DNA from: an uncultured Isosphaeraceae bacterium
Lineage (GTDB): Bacteria; Planctomycetota; GCA-002687715
Direction: 5' to 3'
Length of the DNA: 64,000 nt
Assembly: GCA_964507445.1 (NCBI GenBank)
Contig: CAZDQF010000005.1
Coordinates: 38,436 to 102,435 of the forward strand
Part shown: positions 42,523-52,502 of the stretch, piece by piece
Layout of the letters: each line of letters starts with the position of its first letter
Position numbering within the stretch: the first letter of the stretch is position 1
The notes under the pieces: model-generated
Database searches by the model: none
What the model saw: only the letters and a program-made list of their open reading frames with translations
What the model was told of the DNA's origin: nothing
Made by a program: the position numbers and the translations under genes

Positions 42523-44680
42523 CGAGACCGCGACCACGGGTGAGGTGAGGTCGCTCTGCGCTGGAGGTTCCGCCCCGCCCCGCCCGCCCGAGTCCTTCGA
42601 CCCTGAACCGGTCAAACGGGGTGAGGTCCGTCAGTCCCGGATGGGCCGTCGACGCGCCGTGGTTCTGTTGCTCGTGCACGTCGCGATCTTCGCCCACATC
42701 CTCCAGTGGCTGCTCCAGGGTCGCACCCTCTCCCCGGTGGAACCCTCGGAGGCCATGTACACCATCGCCACCGGGGTCGTGAACGCAGGGGCGATCCTGC
42801 TGATCCTCTCCCTGCTCTCCACCATGATCCTGGGGCGCTGGTTCTGTGGCTGGACCTGTCACCTGGTGGCGCTGCAGGACCTGTGCGCGTGGTTGCTGAA
42901 GAAGGTCGGGATCCGGCCTCGTCCCCTGAGGTCCCGGCTGCTGGTGTGGGTGCCGCTGCTCGCCGGCATCCACCTCTTCTTCTTCCCGCTCTTCGCGAGG
43001 TGGTGGCAAGGCACGCCCGCACCAGATTTCTCCAACGGCCTCATGCGCGACGATTTCTGGGAGACGTTCCCGGGGCCCTGGGTGGCCGTCGGCACCGTCG
43101 CCGTCTGCGGGTTCGTCATCGTTTACCTGCTCGGAGCCAAGGGATTCTGCACCTACGCCTGCCCCTATGGCGGCCTGTTCGGCGTGGTGGACCGGGTCGC
43201 TCCGGGGAGGATACGGGTCACCGACGCCTGCAAGGGCTGCGGTCACTGCTCCGCGGTGTGCACGTCCAACGTCATGGTGGCCAAGGAGGTCCACGAGTTC
43301 GGCATGGTGGTGGATCCGGGCTGCATGAAGTGCATGGACTGCGTCAGCGTGTGTCCGGAGGACGCCCTCTACTTCGGCTTCGGCAAGCCGGCGCTGAAGG
43401 CCGCGCCCCGGGTCAAACATCGAAAGCCCCGGCCCGCGCAATTCCGCGTCGGAGAAGAGGTCGCTCTGGTCCTCTCGTTCTCACTGAGCATGCTGATCCT
43501 GCGCGGGGTCCCGCCGCTGTTCTCGGAGAAAGCCAGCGGCATCCTCTACGGCGAGATGCCGCAGCTCTTCGCCCTCGGTGTGTCCGCCATCGTCGCGTTC
43601 ACCAGCGTGCTTCTCTGGAGAACCCTCACGGGGACGGACGTCACCTTCCAGAAGTGGACCCTCAAGGCAGGGGGACGGGTGACACGCCCTGGCCGGGTGT
43701 GGTTGACCTTCGCCGTCCTCCTCCACCTCTGGGTGCTGCACTCCGGCGTGGTCCAGCTGCTGATGCTGAACTCACGCGGCCACTGGAGCGACACCGCTCC
43801 TCTGTCCGCAGATGTCTGGACCCAATCAGCCAACCTCGCTTCCCTGCCCGAGGACATGAGGGAGACCATCGACGCGGGAGAGCGGATCCTGAAGCGAGCC
43901 GATTCCATCGGCCTGTTCCCCGATCACCGTATCCACCGTGACCTCACCTGGTTCGCCATGTGCCGAGGAGACCTTGACGCCGCCGCGGAACACATCGACG
44001 TGGCCGTCCGCTATGCACCTCGGCTGCCTAATCTGCGCTACTTCCGCGCCTATGTCAGCGCCCTGCGAGAGCGGTTCGAGGACACCTGGGACTTCCTCGA
44101 AGACACGCGCCTCAAGAGCTCCGAGCACGGCCCCTACACCGCACCGGCGCAAGGGCTCCTCAGCGAGCTGGCGCAACGGGGCATGTTCGGGACCATCAAG
44201 GGCCTGCTCGCCGCGGCGCCAGAGGACATCGCCGCGCTCCCCGAGAACATGATGCTGGACGCAGAGGCCAGCATGGCCATGGGGTCCGCCGACGAGTGCT
44301 TTGACACGGTCACCCGGGTGCTGGCGGATCCCCGCAGCATCCAGAGGGTCTCGAACCTGGGAGCGCGGGTCGTCAACCTCGCGCAGCTGGACCCGAAGCG
44401 GGCCCTGGCCATGATCGAAGCGGCGAGGGCGACCCAGCCCGGCGCCTACCATCTCCACGTCCTCGGGGTCGAAGCCGCGGCCCTGGCCAGGGACATCAAG
44501 CAGGCGGAGCAGGTGGCCAGAGATGCGGTGAAGCGTTGGGGCGATCGTAAGCCGCAGGGGTTCCCCAGGGGCCACCCCTACATGCTGCTGGCCGATGTCC
44601 TCCAAGAGCGCGGCGAGCCCCAGGAGGCGGCGCGCATGCGAGCCCGCGCCCGCGCCGTCAATCCGCAGCGGGGGTGGTAG
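42512..44680 (+). CDS. membrane polyferredoxin (NapH/MauN-like 4Fe-4S binding protein) with C-terminal TPR-like domain
   Basis: WFCGWTCH, GFCTYACPYG, CKGCGHCSAVC and CMKCMDCVSVCP motifs within a 4-6 helix membrane domain. The C-terminal 330 aa is helical-repeat. ATG 42512 overlaps the upstream stop by 11 nt; ATG 42641 is an alternative start. Confidence 0.7.
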   Translation: MSPDETATTGEVRSLCAGGSAPPRPPESFDPEPVKRGEVRQSRMGRRRAVVLLLVHVAIFAHILQWLLQGRTLSPVEPSEAMYTIATGVVNAGAILLILSLLSTMILGRWFCGWTCHLVALQDLCAWLLKKVGIRPRPLRSRLLVWVPLLAGIHLFFFPLFARWWQGTPAPDFSNGLMRDDFWETFPGPWVAVGTVAVCGFVIVYLLGAKGFCTYACPYGGLFGVVDRVAPGRIRVTDACKGCGHCSAVCTSNVMVAKEVHEFGMVVDPGCMKCMDCVSVCPEDALYFGFGKPALKAAPRVKHRKPRPAQFRVGEEVALVLSFSLSMLILRGVPPLFSEKASGILYGEMPQLFALGVSAIVAFTSVLLWRTLTGTDVTFQKWTLKAGGRVTRPGRVWLTFAVLLHLWVLHSGVVQLLMLNSRGHWSDTAPLSADVWTQSANLASLPEDMRETIDAGERILKRADSIGLFPDHRIHRDLTWFAMCRGDLDAAAEHIDVAVRYAPRLPNLRYFRAYVSALRERFEDTWDFLEDTRLKSSEHGPYTAPAQGLLSELAQRGMFGTIKGLLAAAPEDIAALPENMMLDAEASMAMGSADECFDTVTRVLADPRSIQRVSNLGARVVNLAQLDPKRALAMIEAARATQPGAYHLHVLGVEAAALARDIKQAEQVARDAVKRWGDRKPQGFPRGHPYMLLADVLQERGEPQEAARMRARARAVNPQRGW

Positions 44681-45848
44681 TGAGCGACGGCCCCAGGGCC
44701 GTCAGGTCCAGGCCCGCGTCCGCCAGAACCACCACCGTCCCGCCGCAACCGCCGCCGGAGATGCGCGCCCCGTAGGCCCCCATGTCCCGCGCCGCGGTCG
44801 CGATGCGATCCGTCTCCTCGCATCCCAAGCCCATGGCTCCGTAGGACTCGTGGCTCTCATCGAGGCAACGTCCCGCCTCCGGGTAGTCCCCGCCGCGCAG
44901 GGCCTTCAGGAATCGACTCACCCGAACCCGCTCCTCCGGCGCGTGAGTGGCCGCCGCCCGCACCGGGTAGCTTTGCCCGGGACGGACCTCGGTCAGGTCA
45001 TCTCCGTGGTGACCCAACCGTTCCAGGAACTGATCGCCGGTCCGGGACTCGGGCAGGTCCGCCAGGGCTACTTGACGCGCGTTCATGATCGCGCGCCCCA
45101 TGAACGCCGCGGCGCGGGCCGCGGCATAGGCATCGCCGGCCACCGTGTGCCGGACACCGGAGACCACGCCCACCAGGCGCACGTCATCCGGAACCCTGAG
45201 AGGCGACGGCCGCGTCATGTCCGCGCAGTCCAGCGGGAACAACCGTCCTGGCTCGCCGAAGGCCACCGCCATCTGGTCCATGAGGCCGCAAGGAGCGCCC
45301 GCCACCTCGTGCTCCGCACGCTGCGCCACCAACGGCGTCACCGCCGGGTCCAGGTCCGCGCCAAGGGCCGCACACGCGACCCGCAACGAAGCCACCTCCA
45401 CCGCCGCGGACGAGGCGGCCCCCGCCCCGGGCGGGAGGTCACCGTGGATCAACAACCGCAGACCGCGCGGAGGGACCGCGTGATCACGGGCGAGGACCGC
45501 CAGGGGACCGAGGGCATAGGCGGCCCACCCGCTCGCCTCCTGACGGGTCAGCGCGCGCCTCAGTCCGTCCACGTCGCGAAGCGTGGCCGCCGGCAACGCG
45601 ACGTCTGCGCCGCAGGATCGATCCGTGGTCCGCGCCACCACCTCGTCATCGTCGCAGCCGCTGGCCAGCGCCAGGACCCCCTGGTCCGTGGGCAGCTGGA
45701 GCACCAGCCCCCCGCAGTAGTCCGCCACCCCGCCGAGGACATCCAGGCGCCCCGGAGCCCAGGCCTCGTGGACCTGGCAACCAGGTGGAAAGAACGCGGC
45801 GCCCGCCTCCCGGGCGGCGACCAGCAAGGCGAGACGGCCCATCGCCAC
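44658..45848 (-). CDS. galK: galactokinase (GHMP kinase family)
   Basis: APGRLDVLGGVADY, PPGAGAASSAAVEVAS (GHMP motif II), GLMDQ and GGGCGGTVV align with E. coli GalK. galT lies upstream on the same strand. The 3' end overlaps the polyferredoxin gene by 23 nt. Confidence 0.65.
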   Translation of the reverse strand: MAMGRLALLVAAREAGAAFFPPGCQVHEAWAPGRLDVLGGVADYCGGLVLQLPTDQGVLALASGCDDDEVVARTTDRSCGADVALPAATLRDVDGLRRALTRQEASGWAAYALGPLAVLARDHAVPPRGLRLLIHGDLPPGAGAASSAAVEVASLRVACAALGADLDPAVTPLVAQRAEHEVAGAPCGLMDQMAVAFGEPGRLFPLDCADMTRPSPLRVPDDVRLVGVVSGVRHTVAGDAYAAARAAAFMGRAIMNARQVALADLPESRTGDQFLERLGHHGDDLTEVRPGQSYPVRAAATHAPEERVRVSRFLKALRGGDYPEAGRCLDESHESYGAMGLGCEETDRIATAARDMGAYGARISGGGCGGTVVVLADAGLDLTALGPSLTTTPAAD

Positions 45849-45857
45849 GGACTGTCC

Positions 45858-46394
45858 CTATTGCCGGCGGAACACGATCGGGAGGGTGGCCCCGGGGGAA
45901 ACCGGGAGATCGCCTTCGAGGACGTCGGCTTTCAGGATGAAGGTCAACTGCGGATCCGACTCCTCCGCCGAGACCAGGGTCACCTTCTGCCCGCTCACGG
46001 AGTAGGTGGCCCGGGTCTCCTTGCCCATACCGGTCATCTGGCAGACCCCGTCGGAGCCGAATCGGAGGGCCATCTTCCCGACCACCGCGAGCATCGGGGC
46101 CGCCTTCTTCTCTGCCGCCGCGCGGGCCGCGTCAAACTCCGGGGTCCCTGGTTTCGCCCCCGTGTCCTTCATGCTGTGGTCGAGGATCGACCCCTTCAGC
46201 AGCTCGAAGTCCACGACCCATTCGCCGGACAGGTCCGGCTGTTCGGATTCCCCGGCCGTGCTCTCCGGGATCTGCTCCCCAGCCCCTTGCGCGCCCCCCT
46301 CAACGGAGCCCGCCTCTTCCTTCTCAGCCGCATCCCCACACCCGACAAGCAGGATCGCCAACCCTATCACCAAGACCATCGTCATCGATTTCAT
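45858..46394 (-). CDS. lipoprotein of unknown function
   Basis: ATG 46394 gives MKSMTMVLVIGLAILLVGCG, a lipobox. Then a Glu/Gly-rich linker and a beta-rich domain of about 110 aa. Confidence 0.5.
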   Translation of the reverse strand: MKSMTMVLVIGLAILLVGCGDAAEKEEAGSVEGGAQGAGEQIPESTAGESEQPDLSGEWVVDFELLKGSILDHSMKDTGAKPGTPEFDAARAAAEKKAAPMLAVVGKMALRFGSDGVCQMTGMGKETRATYSVSGQKVTLVSAEESDPQLTFILKADVLEGDLPVSPGATLPIVFRRQ

Positions 46395-46465
46395 GTCAGG
46401 TCCCTCACTGCCATCTCGGAGTTCCCTGGGAACATAAGCACGCGCTCTGCTGCGAACAAGCGCCC

Positions 46466-47440
46466 TCATGAACCCACCCCCCGCAGCTCCTCGGCGGTGG
46501 ACTCGGGAGCGGTGTCCGCCAGGAACACATCACCACCCAGCTCGGGACCCGCCAGGTGCTTCATCAGATGAGGCTTCCGAAGAGGCGGCTGGAGCTCGAT
46601 GTGGAAGTGGAAGCCGGGCGCGGGGGCGCGCAGAGGAGCGTTGTGGAAGGTCATGACGTAGGGGAACGGCTGGGACCACAGGCCATCGTAGCGGCACAGG
46701 ATGTCGTGGAGCCCCCCCGCGAGGTCCGCCAACAGACCGTCCGAGGCGTCCTTGATGCCGGGGATGGGCATCCGCGGCACCACCAGCACCTCGTAGGCCC
46801 AACGGGCGAAGTGAGGCACGAGCACCACCACATCCCCGTGCACCGCGACGACCCGCTCACCCTCCTCCAGCTCGCGCTGGACCACGTCTTGCAGGAGGCT
46901 CCGGCCTGTCTGTCGATGATGATCGGCGGCGACACGGACGTGACGGGCGGCGGCGCCCATGACGAAGTCCGTCCCGTAGAGCTGCCCGTGGGGGTGGGGG
47001 TTGCTCACCCCCACGACCTCCCCCCGATTCTCGAAGATCAGCACATGCTCGATGACCGGATCGGCGGCGCAGCGACGTTCCTCTTCCCGGAACGTCTCCA
47101 GGACCCGGGTAACGCCGGAGACGCCCAGGGACCGCAGGCTCAGGTCGTGGCGAGGGTCGAAGCAAATCACCCGTGCCGTCCCCCTGGCGGAAGCCGCCCG
47201 CAGGGGCTCGGTGGCTTCGCTGGCCGGCGGCGCGGCGCCACCAACGCAGGGGCGGTCGTTATCGAAGGCGTAGGTCGCCTCGTAGGCAGGGTTCGCGACG
47301 CCGGAGACCCGAACGTTGCCAGGGCAGAAGGTGCAGGTCTCATCGTACGGGGCCTCCGATGTCGGCAGGATCTCCGCGCGATGCCCCTCCCACGGTCGGT
47401 CCTGCCGATGAGCCGCCACCACCACCCACTGCTCCCGCAA
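46466..47440 (-). CDS. galT: galactose-1-phosphate uridylyltransferase
   Basis: CTFCPGNVRVSG zinc motif and SNPHPHGQ active-site HPH motif; aligns with E. coli GalT. Confidence 0.8.
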   Translation of the reverse strand: MREQWVVVAAHRQDRPWEGHRAEILPTSEAPYDETCTFCPGNVRVSGVANPAYEATYAFDNDRPCVGGAAPPASEATEPLRAASARGTARVICFDPRHDLSLRSLGVSGVTRVLETFREEERRCAADPVIEHVLIFENRGEVVGVSNPHPHGQLYGTDFVMGAAARHVRVAADHHRQTGRSLLQDVVQRELEEGERVVAVHGDVVVLVPHFARWAYEVLVVPRMPIPGIKDASDGLLADLAGGLHDILCRYDGLWSQPFPYVMTFHNAPLRAPAPGFHFHIELQPPLRKPHLMKHLAGPELGGDVFLADTAPESTAEELRGVGS

Positions 47441-47469
47441 CGGGTGCCAACGCCGCTCCCAGGTCCGGC

Positions 47470-48123
47470 TCAGGGCTCCAGCTCCGCGAACACGGAATCC
47501 GGCAACTGCTTGCGCAGGCGTTCCAGGGCCCGCTTGTAACGGACCGCCACCGTATTGGGCTGCTCTCCGAGGATGGTGGCCACGTCCTTGTTGGAGTTCT
47601 GTTCGACGCCCCGTAGAACCACGACCTCCCGATCCTTCTCCGCCAGGCCCTCCAGCGCCTTCAGGATCTCACCGCCGAGCTCGCCACGAATGGCCGCGGA
47701 GACCACGCTGGTCTGGGCGGCGGAGAGCCGCGCCACCGCTTCCTCGCCCTCCGAACCGTCGCCGGCGGGCTCCTCCTTCAGGGGCTTGCCGGTGATGTGC
47801 TTCTGGACGAGGTTGTTGAACCGGTACAACAGAGTGGTGCTGAGGAAACGAACCAGGACCGGGGTGTGCCGGCCGTCGCGATCTCCCAGCCGGCCCAACC
47901 GGGGCAGGGCCACCGCCCACACATCCGCCACCAGGTCCTCGGGGTCGAAGACGCTCGCCAGGCGGCCGGAGAGCCTGTAGCGCGCCTGGGTCAGCAGCAA
48001 CGGGCTGAGGCGCCGCACCACCCAACCCAGGCTCTCCATGTCGCCGGCCATGGCCTGACGAACGTGGAGGGTCGTCTGGGGGACCTCCTCCGAAGGTAAG
48101 CCGTTATGGGGTCCGGGTTTCAT
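47470..48123 (-). CDS. ECF-type RNA polymerase sigma factor (sigma-70 family)
   Basis: Region 2 (DLVADVWAVALPRL) and region 4 helix-turn-helix (NSNKDVATILGEQPNTVAVRYKRALERLR). Confidence 0.75.
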   Translation of the reverse strand: MKPGPHNGLPSEEVPQTTLHVRQAMAGDMESLGWVVRRLSPLLLTQARYRLSGRLASVFDPEDLVADVWAVALPRLGRLGDRDGRHTPVLVRFLSTTLLYRFNNLVQKHITGKPLKEEPAGDGSEGEEAVARLSAAQTSVVSAAIRGELGGEILKALEGLAEKDREVVVLRGVEQNSNKDVATILGEQPNTVAVRYKRALERLRKQLPDSVFAELEP

Positions 48124-48290
48124 GACATGGCGCCCTCCGTCGGCGGGCTCCAGGCTACACTAAGAAATCCTGACGTTCCCCGTCCGGAAACAAGAGCGCC
48201 CGTTACATCCGCTGAACGCCCTCGCTCCAGGGGGCGGGCGAAGGACCTTCGCCCGGTGCCCGTTCTCTGTTTCCAACCGCGAGCAATCAG

Positions 48291-49625
48291 ATGACAAACA
48301 AACTCCTGTGGACCATCAGTGGATGCCTGATCCTCACCGCCCTTGCCGCTGCCCAGCCCACGGCTCCGCAGACCTACCTCACCAGACCCGTGGCCACGGG
48401 CATCGGCGCATCCGGCGACTCCATGGCCGTCAACGCGTGGGGCACGACCTACGTTCTGAACCTGAGCCCAGCGGGCGTATCGGACAGCATCACCGCCGTA
48501 TCCCGGGCCGGCGTGGTGGACTCCGCCTACGCGACGGGGCTCGGCCGCGCCAGTCAGATCGCCTTCAACCCGCAGGACGGGCACTGCTACGTCGCGTTTC
48601 ACAGCCCGGTGCTCCCCGTGGTGCTGAGCAGGATCTACAAGCTCGATTCCTCGGGCCCGGTACAGGTCGGCTCGACCCCGCTGATCGCTGAGGGGTTCGC
48701 CATCGACGACGACGGTCGGTGGATCTTCGGCACCAACGTGTCCGTGGGCGGTCCCGGCATCTACAAGCAGCTCCCGGGTTCATCCCTCATGTTCTTCGGT
48801 CTGGGTTTCGGCAGTAACAGCACCATCATGTCCATGGCCGGGAATGACGACGTGCTCATCGCCGACGGGCTGGAGGTCCGACGGCAGATCCCGGCCGCCC
48901 TGGTGGCGATCCCGTACTGGTCCACCCCCTTCATCCCCAACAACGTGACCAGGGTGAAGTCCGTCGCTCGCTCACCTTTCGATCAGGTGGGCCAGGGCGC
49001 CATGGTTGGCGTCAACACCTTCACGACCCTGTGCAATTGCGGCTTCGGAAACGCCTACCCGGGGTCCGCGACCGCGGGCTCATCGACGCCCCTGGCGACG
49101 GAGGCCTTCACGGGCTTCGGAGCCGGCATGGTCGCCATCGCTCCAGGTCCCGACGACAACCTGTACTGGCTCACGAGAGACTCCGCCCCTGGAACCGGGA
49201 TCAGCAAGACCCTCTATCGCATCGAGGAGCAGACCGGCGCCGGTATCCCGGGCTCCCTCAAGGTCACCGTCCTCGCCTCCCCCGTGGGGAGCGTGGTGGA
49301 CGTCCAGATCTGGGGCGAGGGCGGAGCCCCGGTCCTGTTCGGAGCGTTGGCCGCCCCCATGACCACTCCGTCGTTTGAGATCTACACGCCGTACGGCTGG
49401 ATCATGAACCTGTTCCACCCCAACTACATCCCGGTGTTGGACGGCGTGGGCATGTTCGGACCGGCCAACCCGCTGGCGGTGCTTCCCGCGAACGGCAACG
49501 GGCAGTGGACGTTCCCGGTCCCGGCCCTGGGCATCAGCCTCGGAGCGCAGGCCCTGATCTCGGACACGAAGGCGCCCAACGGGTCCTTCAACATCACCAA
49601 CATCGAGGTGCGCTACCTTCCGTGA
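48291..49625 (+). CDS. secreted hypothetical protein
   Basis: Signal peptide MTNKLLWTISGCLILTALAAAQP. 444 aa, Gly/Ser/Thr/Pro-rich and beta-rich. Divergent from the ECF sigma factor gene. Confidence 0.5.
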   Translation: MTNKLLWTISGCLILTALAAAQPTAPQTYLTRPVATGIGASGDSMAVNAWGTTYVLNLSPAGVSDSITAVSRAGVVDSAYATGLGRASQIAFNPQDGHCYVAFHSPVLPVVLSRIYKLDSSGPVQVGSTPLIAEGFAIDDDGRWIFGTNVSVGGPGIYKQLPGSSLMFFGLGFGSNSTIMSMAGNDDVLIADGLEVRRQIPAALVAIPYWSTPFIPNNVTRVKSVARSPFDQVGQGAMVGVNTFTTLCNCGFGNAYPGSATAGSSTPLATEAFTGFGAGMVAIAPGPDDNLYWLTRDSAPGTGISKTLYRIEEQTGAGIPGSLKVTVLASPVGSVVDVQIWGEGGAPVLFGALAAPMTTPSFEIYTPYGWIMNLFHPNYIPVLDGVGMFGPANPLAVLPANGNGQWTFPVPALGISLGAQALISDTKAPNGSFNITNIEVRYLP

Positions 49626-49746
49626 TCCGTGACCGCACGACCGTGCGGGTCTCTTGACCTCGTCTGTAAACGGGGGGGGATGCGCGACGGGCGTCAGCCT
49701 CGCCGCTCACCCCCCGGTACCATGCTGGCTCAACGGAGCCCGCATC

Positions 49747-51762
49747 ATGAAGGTCACCACAACCGCTGCCCTCGCCGTCCTCCTCTGCCTCCTCCTGAAC
49801 GACGGCGCCACCGGTCAGCAGCGGCCCAACATCCTCTTCGTCTTCACCGACGATCACGCACCCCACGCCATCTCCGCCTACGGATCGAAGATCAACCAGA
49901 CACCGAACATCGACCGCATCGCCCGTGAAGGCATGACCTTCGACCGGTGTTACTGCGGCAACTCCATCTGCGCCCCCAGCCGCGCCACCATCCTCACGGG
50001 GAAGCACAGCCACCAGAACGGCGTCGTGGACAACCGGGCCACCTTCGACGGCGCCCAGGTCACCTTCCCGAAGCTCCTCAGGAGCGTCGGCTACGAGACC
50101 GCGGTGATCGGCAAGTGGCACCTGAAGTCCGACCCCACGGGCTTCGATCACTGGGAGGTGCTGCGCGGCCAGGGCCCCTACTGGAACCCTCCCCTCAAGA
50201 CCGCGTCGGGCACGGTCAACCACGTGGGCTACACCACGGACGTGATCACGGACCGGGCGCTCCGCTGGCTCGAGACCGGCCGCGACGAGGCGAAGCCGTT
50301 CATGCTCATGTACCAGCACAAGGCGCCGCACCGGGAGTGGCAGCCCAACATCAAGCACCTCAACCTCTACGACGACGTCACCATCCCGGAGCCAGCGACC
50401 CTGTTTGACGACTGGGAGAACCGGACCTCCGCCGCCGGGACCCAGACCATGACCATCGCCAACCACATGAGCAGGCGAGACCTCAAGTTCACCCCGCCGG
50501 GCAACCTCACCCCTGATCAGCTCCAGGCATGGCGTGAGGCCTACGGCCCCAAGAACGCCGCGTTCGAGCAGGCCGGCCTGGAAGGCGAGGAGCTCATCCG
50601 CTGGCGTTATCAGCGCTACGTCAAGGACTACCTCCGGTGCATCGCCTCCGTGGATGAGAACCTGGGGAGGGTGCTGCGCTACCTGGACGAGAACGGCCTC
50701 GCCGAGAACACCGTGGTCATCTACAGCTCGGACCAGGGCTTCTACCTGGGAGATCACGGCTGGTACGACAAGCGCTGGATGTACGAGGAGTCCTACCGCA
50801 TGCCGTTGGTGGTTCGCTGGCCCGGGACCATCAAGGCCGGGAGCCGCTCGTCCCACCTGGTGCAGAACATCGACTTCGCCCAGACCTTCCTGGAGATGGC
50901 CGGCCTCGAAGCTCCCGACGACATGCAGGGACGGAGCCTGGTCCCGGTCATGAAGGGAGAGGCCCGGGAGTGGCGCAAGTCCCTGTACTACCACTACTGG
51001 GAGTTCCCCGGCGCCCACAGCGTTCGGCGCCACTACGGCGTCAGCACCGATCGCTACAAGCTCATCCACTACTACCGCCTCGGGGAGTGGGAGCTGTTCG
51101 ATCTCCAACGGGACCCGGACGAATTGAAGAGCGTGCACGGCGACGAGGGGTACGCCGAGATTCGCGAGACCCTCGAAGCGGAGCTCCGACGGCTTCGGGA
51201 GCACTACGGCGACGTGGACCCGGACCTGCAGGACCCACCGACTCCGGGGGCCCGCGACCCACGAAGGGTCAAGCTCAAGAAGGTCCTGGACCTGCCGAAG
51301 ACGGGGACCTCACACCCGCAGCGGCTGCCGTGCGCCAGGATGCCCCTGTCCGTGGGAGCCCGTTGCGTCCCCGAGACCGGCGGCGGAACCCTGCTGGCCC
51401 AGGGAGGGAACGCCTACGGCTGGGCCCTGGCCATGACCGACGGCATCCCCCGTTTCTGCGTCCGAAGCGGCAGCGCCCTCAAGGAGGTGGTTGCGCCACA
51501 ACCGGTCTCCCTGAACGAACCCCACGTGATCTGCGGGGTCATCGGCAAGGACGGCGGGCTCGCCCTCTGGGTCGATGGCAAGAAGGTGGCCTCCGCCCCA
51601 GGGCACTTCATCGCGCGAGAGCCCTCGGACGGGCTGAGCATCGGCCAGGACTCGGGGTCGCGGGTGGACGGACGATCCGATGACACGAAGTTCAACGGAT
51701 CGCTGACGGACATCCGCGTATTCGAAGGCGCCCTCGCCCGGCGAGGCATCCGACGCTGGTGA
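49747..51762 (+). CDS. sulfatase (arylsulfatase family) with C-terminal LamG/concanavalin-like extension
   Basis: Signal peptide [25 protein letters not shown] metal site, [11 protein letters not shown] Cys-type formylglycine motif and GKWH. An extension of about 220 aa ([22 protein letters not shown]...[15 protein letters not shown]) follows. GGAG ribosome-binding site 9 nt upstream. Confidence 0.8.
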   Translation: MKVTTTAALAVLLCLLLNDGATGQQRPNILFVFTDDHAPHAISAYGSKINQTPNIDRIAREGMTFDRCYCGNSICAPSRATILTGKHSHQNGVVDNRATFDGAQVTFPKLLRSVGYETAVIGKWHLKSDPTGFDHWEVLRGQGPYWNPPLKTASGTVNHVGYTTDVITDRALRWLETGRDEAKPFMLMYQHKAPHREWQPNIKHLNLYDDVTIPEPATLFDDWENRTSAAGTQTMTIANHMSRRDLKFTPPGNLTPDQLQAWREAYGPKNAAFEQAGLEGEELIRWRYQRYVKDYLRCIASVDENLGRVLRYLDENGLAENTVVIYSSDQGFYLGDHGWYDKRWMYEESYRMPLVVRWPGTIKAGSRSSHLVQNIDFAQTFLEMAGLEAPDDMQGRSLVPVMKGEAREWRKSLYYHYWEFPGAHSVRRHYGVSTDRYKLIHYYRLGEWELFDLQRDPDELKSVHGDEGYAEIRETLEAELRRLREHYGDVDPDLQDPPTPGARDPRRVKLKKVLDLPKTGTSHPQRLPCARMPLSVGARCVPETGGGTLLAQGGNAYGWALAMTDGIPRFCVRSGSALKEVVAPQPVSLNEPHVICGVIGKDGGLALWVDGKKVASAPGHFIAREPSDGLSIGQDSGSRVDGRSDDTKFNGSLTDIRVFEGALARRGIRRW

Positions 51763-51780
51763 TGGCAGCCGCGACGCGGC

Positions 51781-52452
51781 TCACTTCACCGCGGGGAACG
51801 GCCTCACCTTTGCGCGCTTGGCGTCATCGCTCCAGATCTTGATGCGCCGGACGCGGCCCTCGTCATCGAATGAACCGAAGCCGATCCAGCCGCGACCGTG
51901 GGTAGCGTCCTCGGCGAGCATGATGGGCTCGGTCATGTTGTCGAACCACACCCTGATGCGAGCCCCCTTGCGCTCCAGGCGCACCTTGTGCCACTTGTCC
52001 TTGCCCCAGTCGATCCCCTTGGTCGTCTTCTTGGCGAACGAGCGGCGAGGTTTGCGGTCCACCAGGAACACGTTGTGGGCGTTCTTGTCCGCCTTGGTGG
52101 CCATGTGCACGTAGTAGAAGCGCGTGGGATCCTGGAAGCCGAAGAACAGGCACTGGTCCCGGTGCCCGTACTCCTTGCCGGTCTGCAACATCTCGCACTC
52201 GAGGACGAAGTCCCCGAAAGTCCAGTCGGCGATGAGGGCGATGTTGTGAGGCGAACGCTGCGGGGTCTTGTACTTCTGACCGGGGACATGCTGCAGCCAA
52301 CCACCGTCGGCGTGAGGCTTGACGGACCACACCCGAGGATCGCTGAAGACGAAGCCCCTGGCCGCGTCCGCGGACGTGAATGCCTGGGTGTATGCCGGCG
52401 CCTCTTGCAGAGAGAGCGGCGCGAGGGAAGCGAGGATCAACGTGAGGGCCAT
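51781..52452 (-). CDS. DUF1080 / 3-keto-disaccharide hydrolase-like (LamG-type jelly-roll) protein, secreted
   Basis: Signal peptide MALTLILASLAPLSLQEAPA. DFVLECEM, WHKVRLERKGARIRVWFDN and GWIGFGSFDD follow the PF06439 pattern. Confidence 0.6.
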   Translation of the reverse strand: MALTLILASLAPLSLQEAPAYTQAFTSADAARGFVFSDPRVWSVKPHADGGWLQHVPGQKYKTPQRSPHNIALIADWTFGDFVLECEMLQTGKEYGHRDQCLFFGFQDPTRFYYVHMATKADKNAHNVFLVDRKPRRSFAKKTTKGIDWGKDKWHKVRLERKGARIRVWFDNMTEPIMLAEDATHGRGWIGFGSFDDEGRVRRIKIWSDDAKRAKVRPFPAVK

Positions 52453-52502
52453 GAGAAGTCTCCGCCCGCATCATAGTGGGCGCGGACCGGCCCTGCCCCC
52501 CG

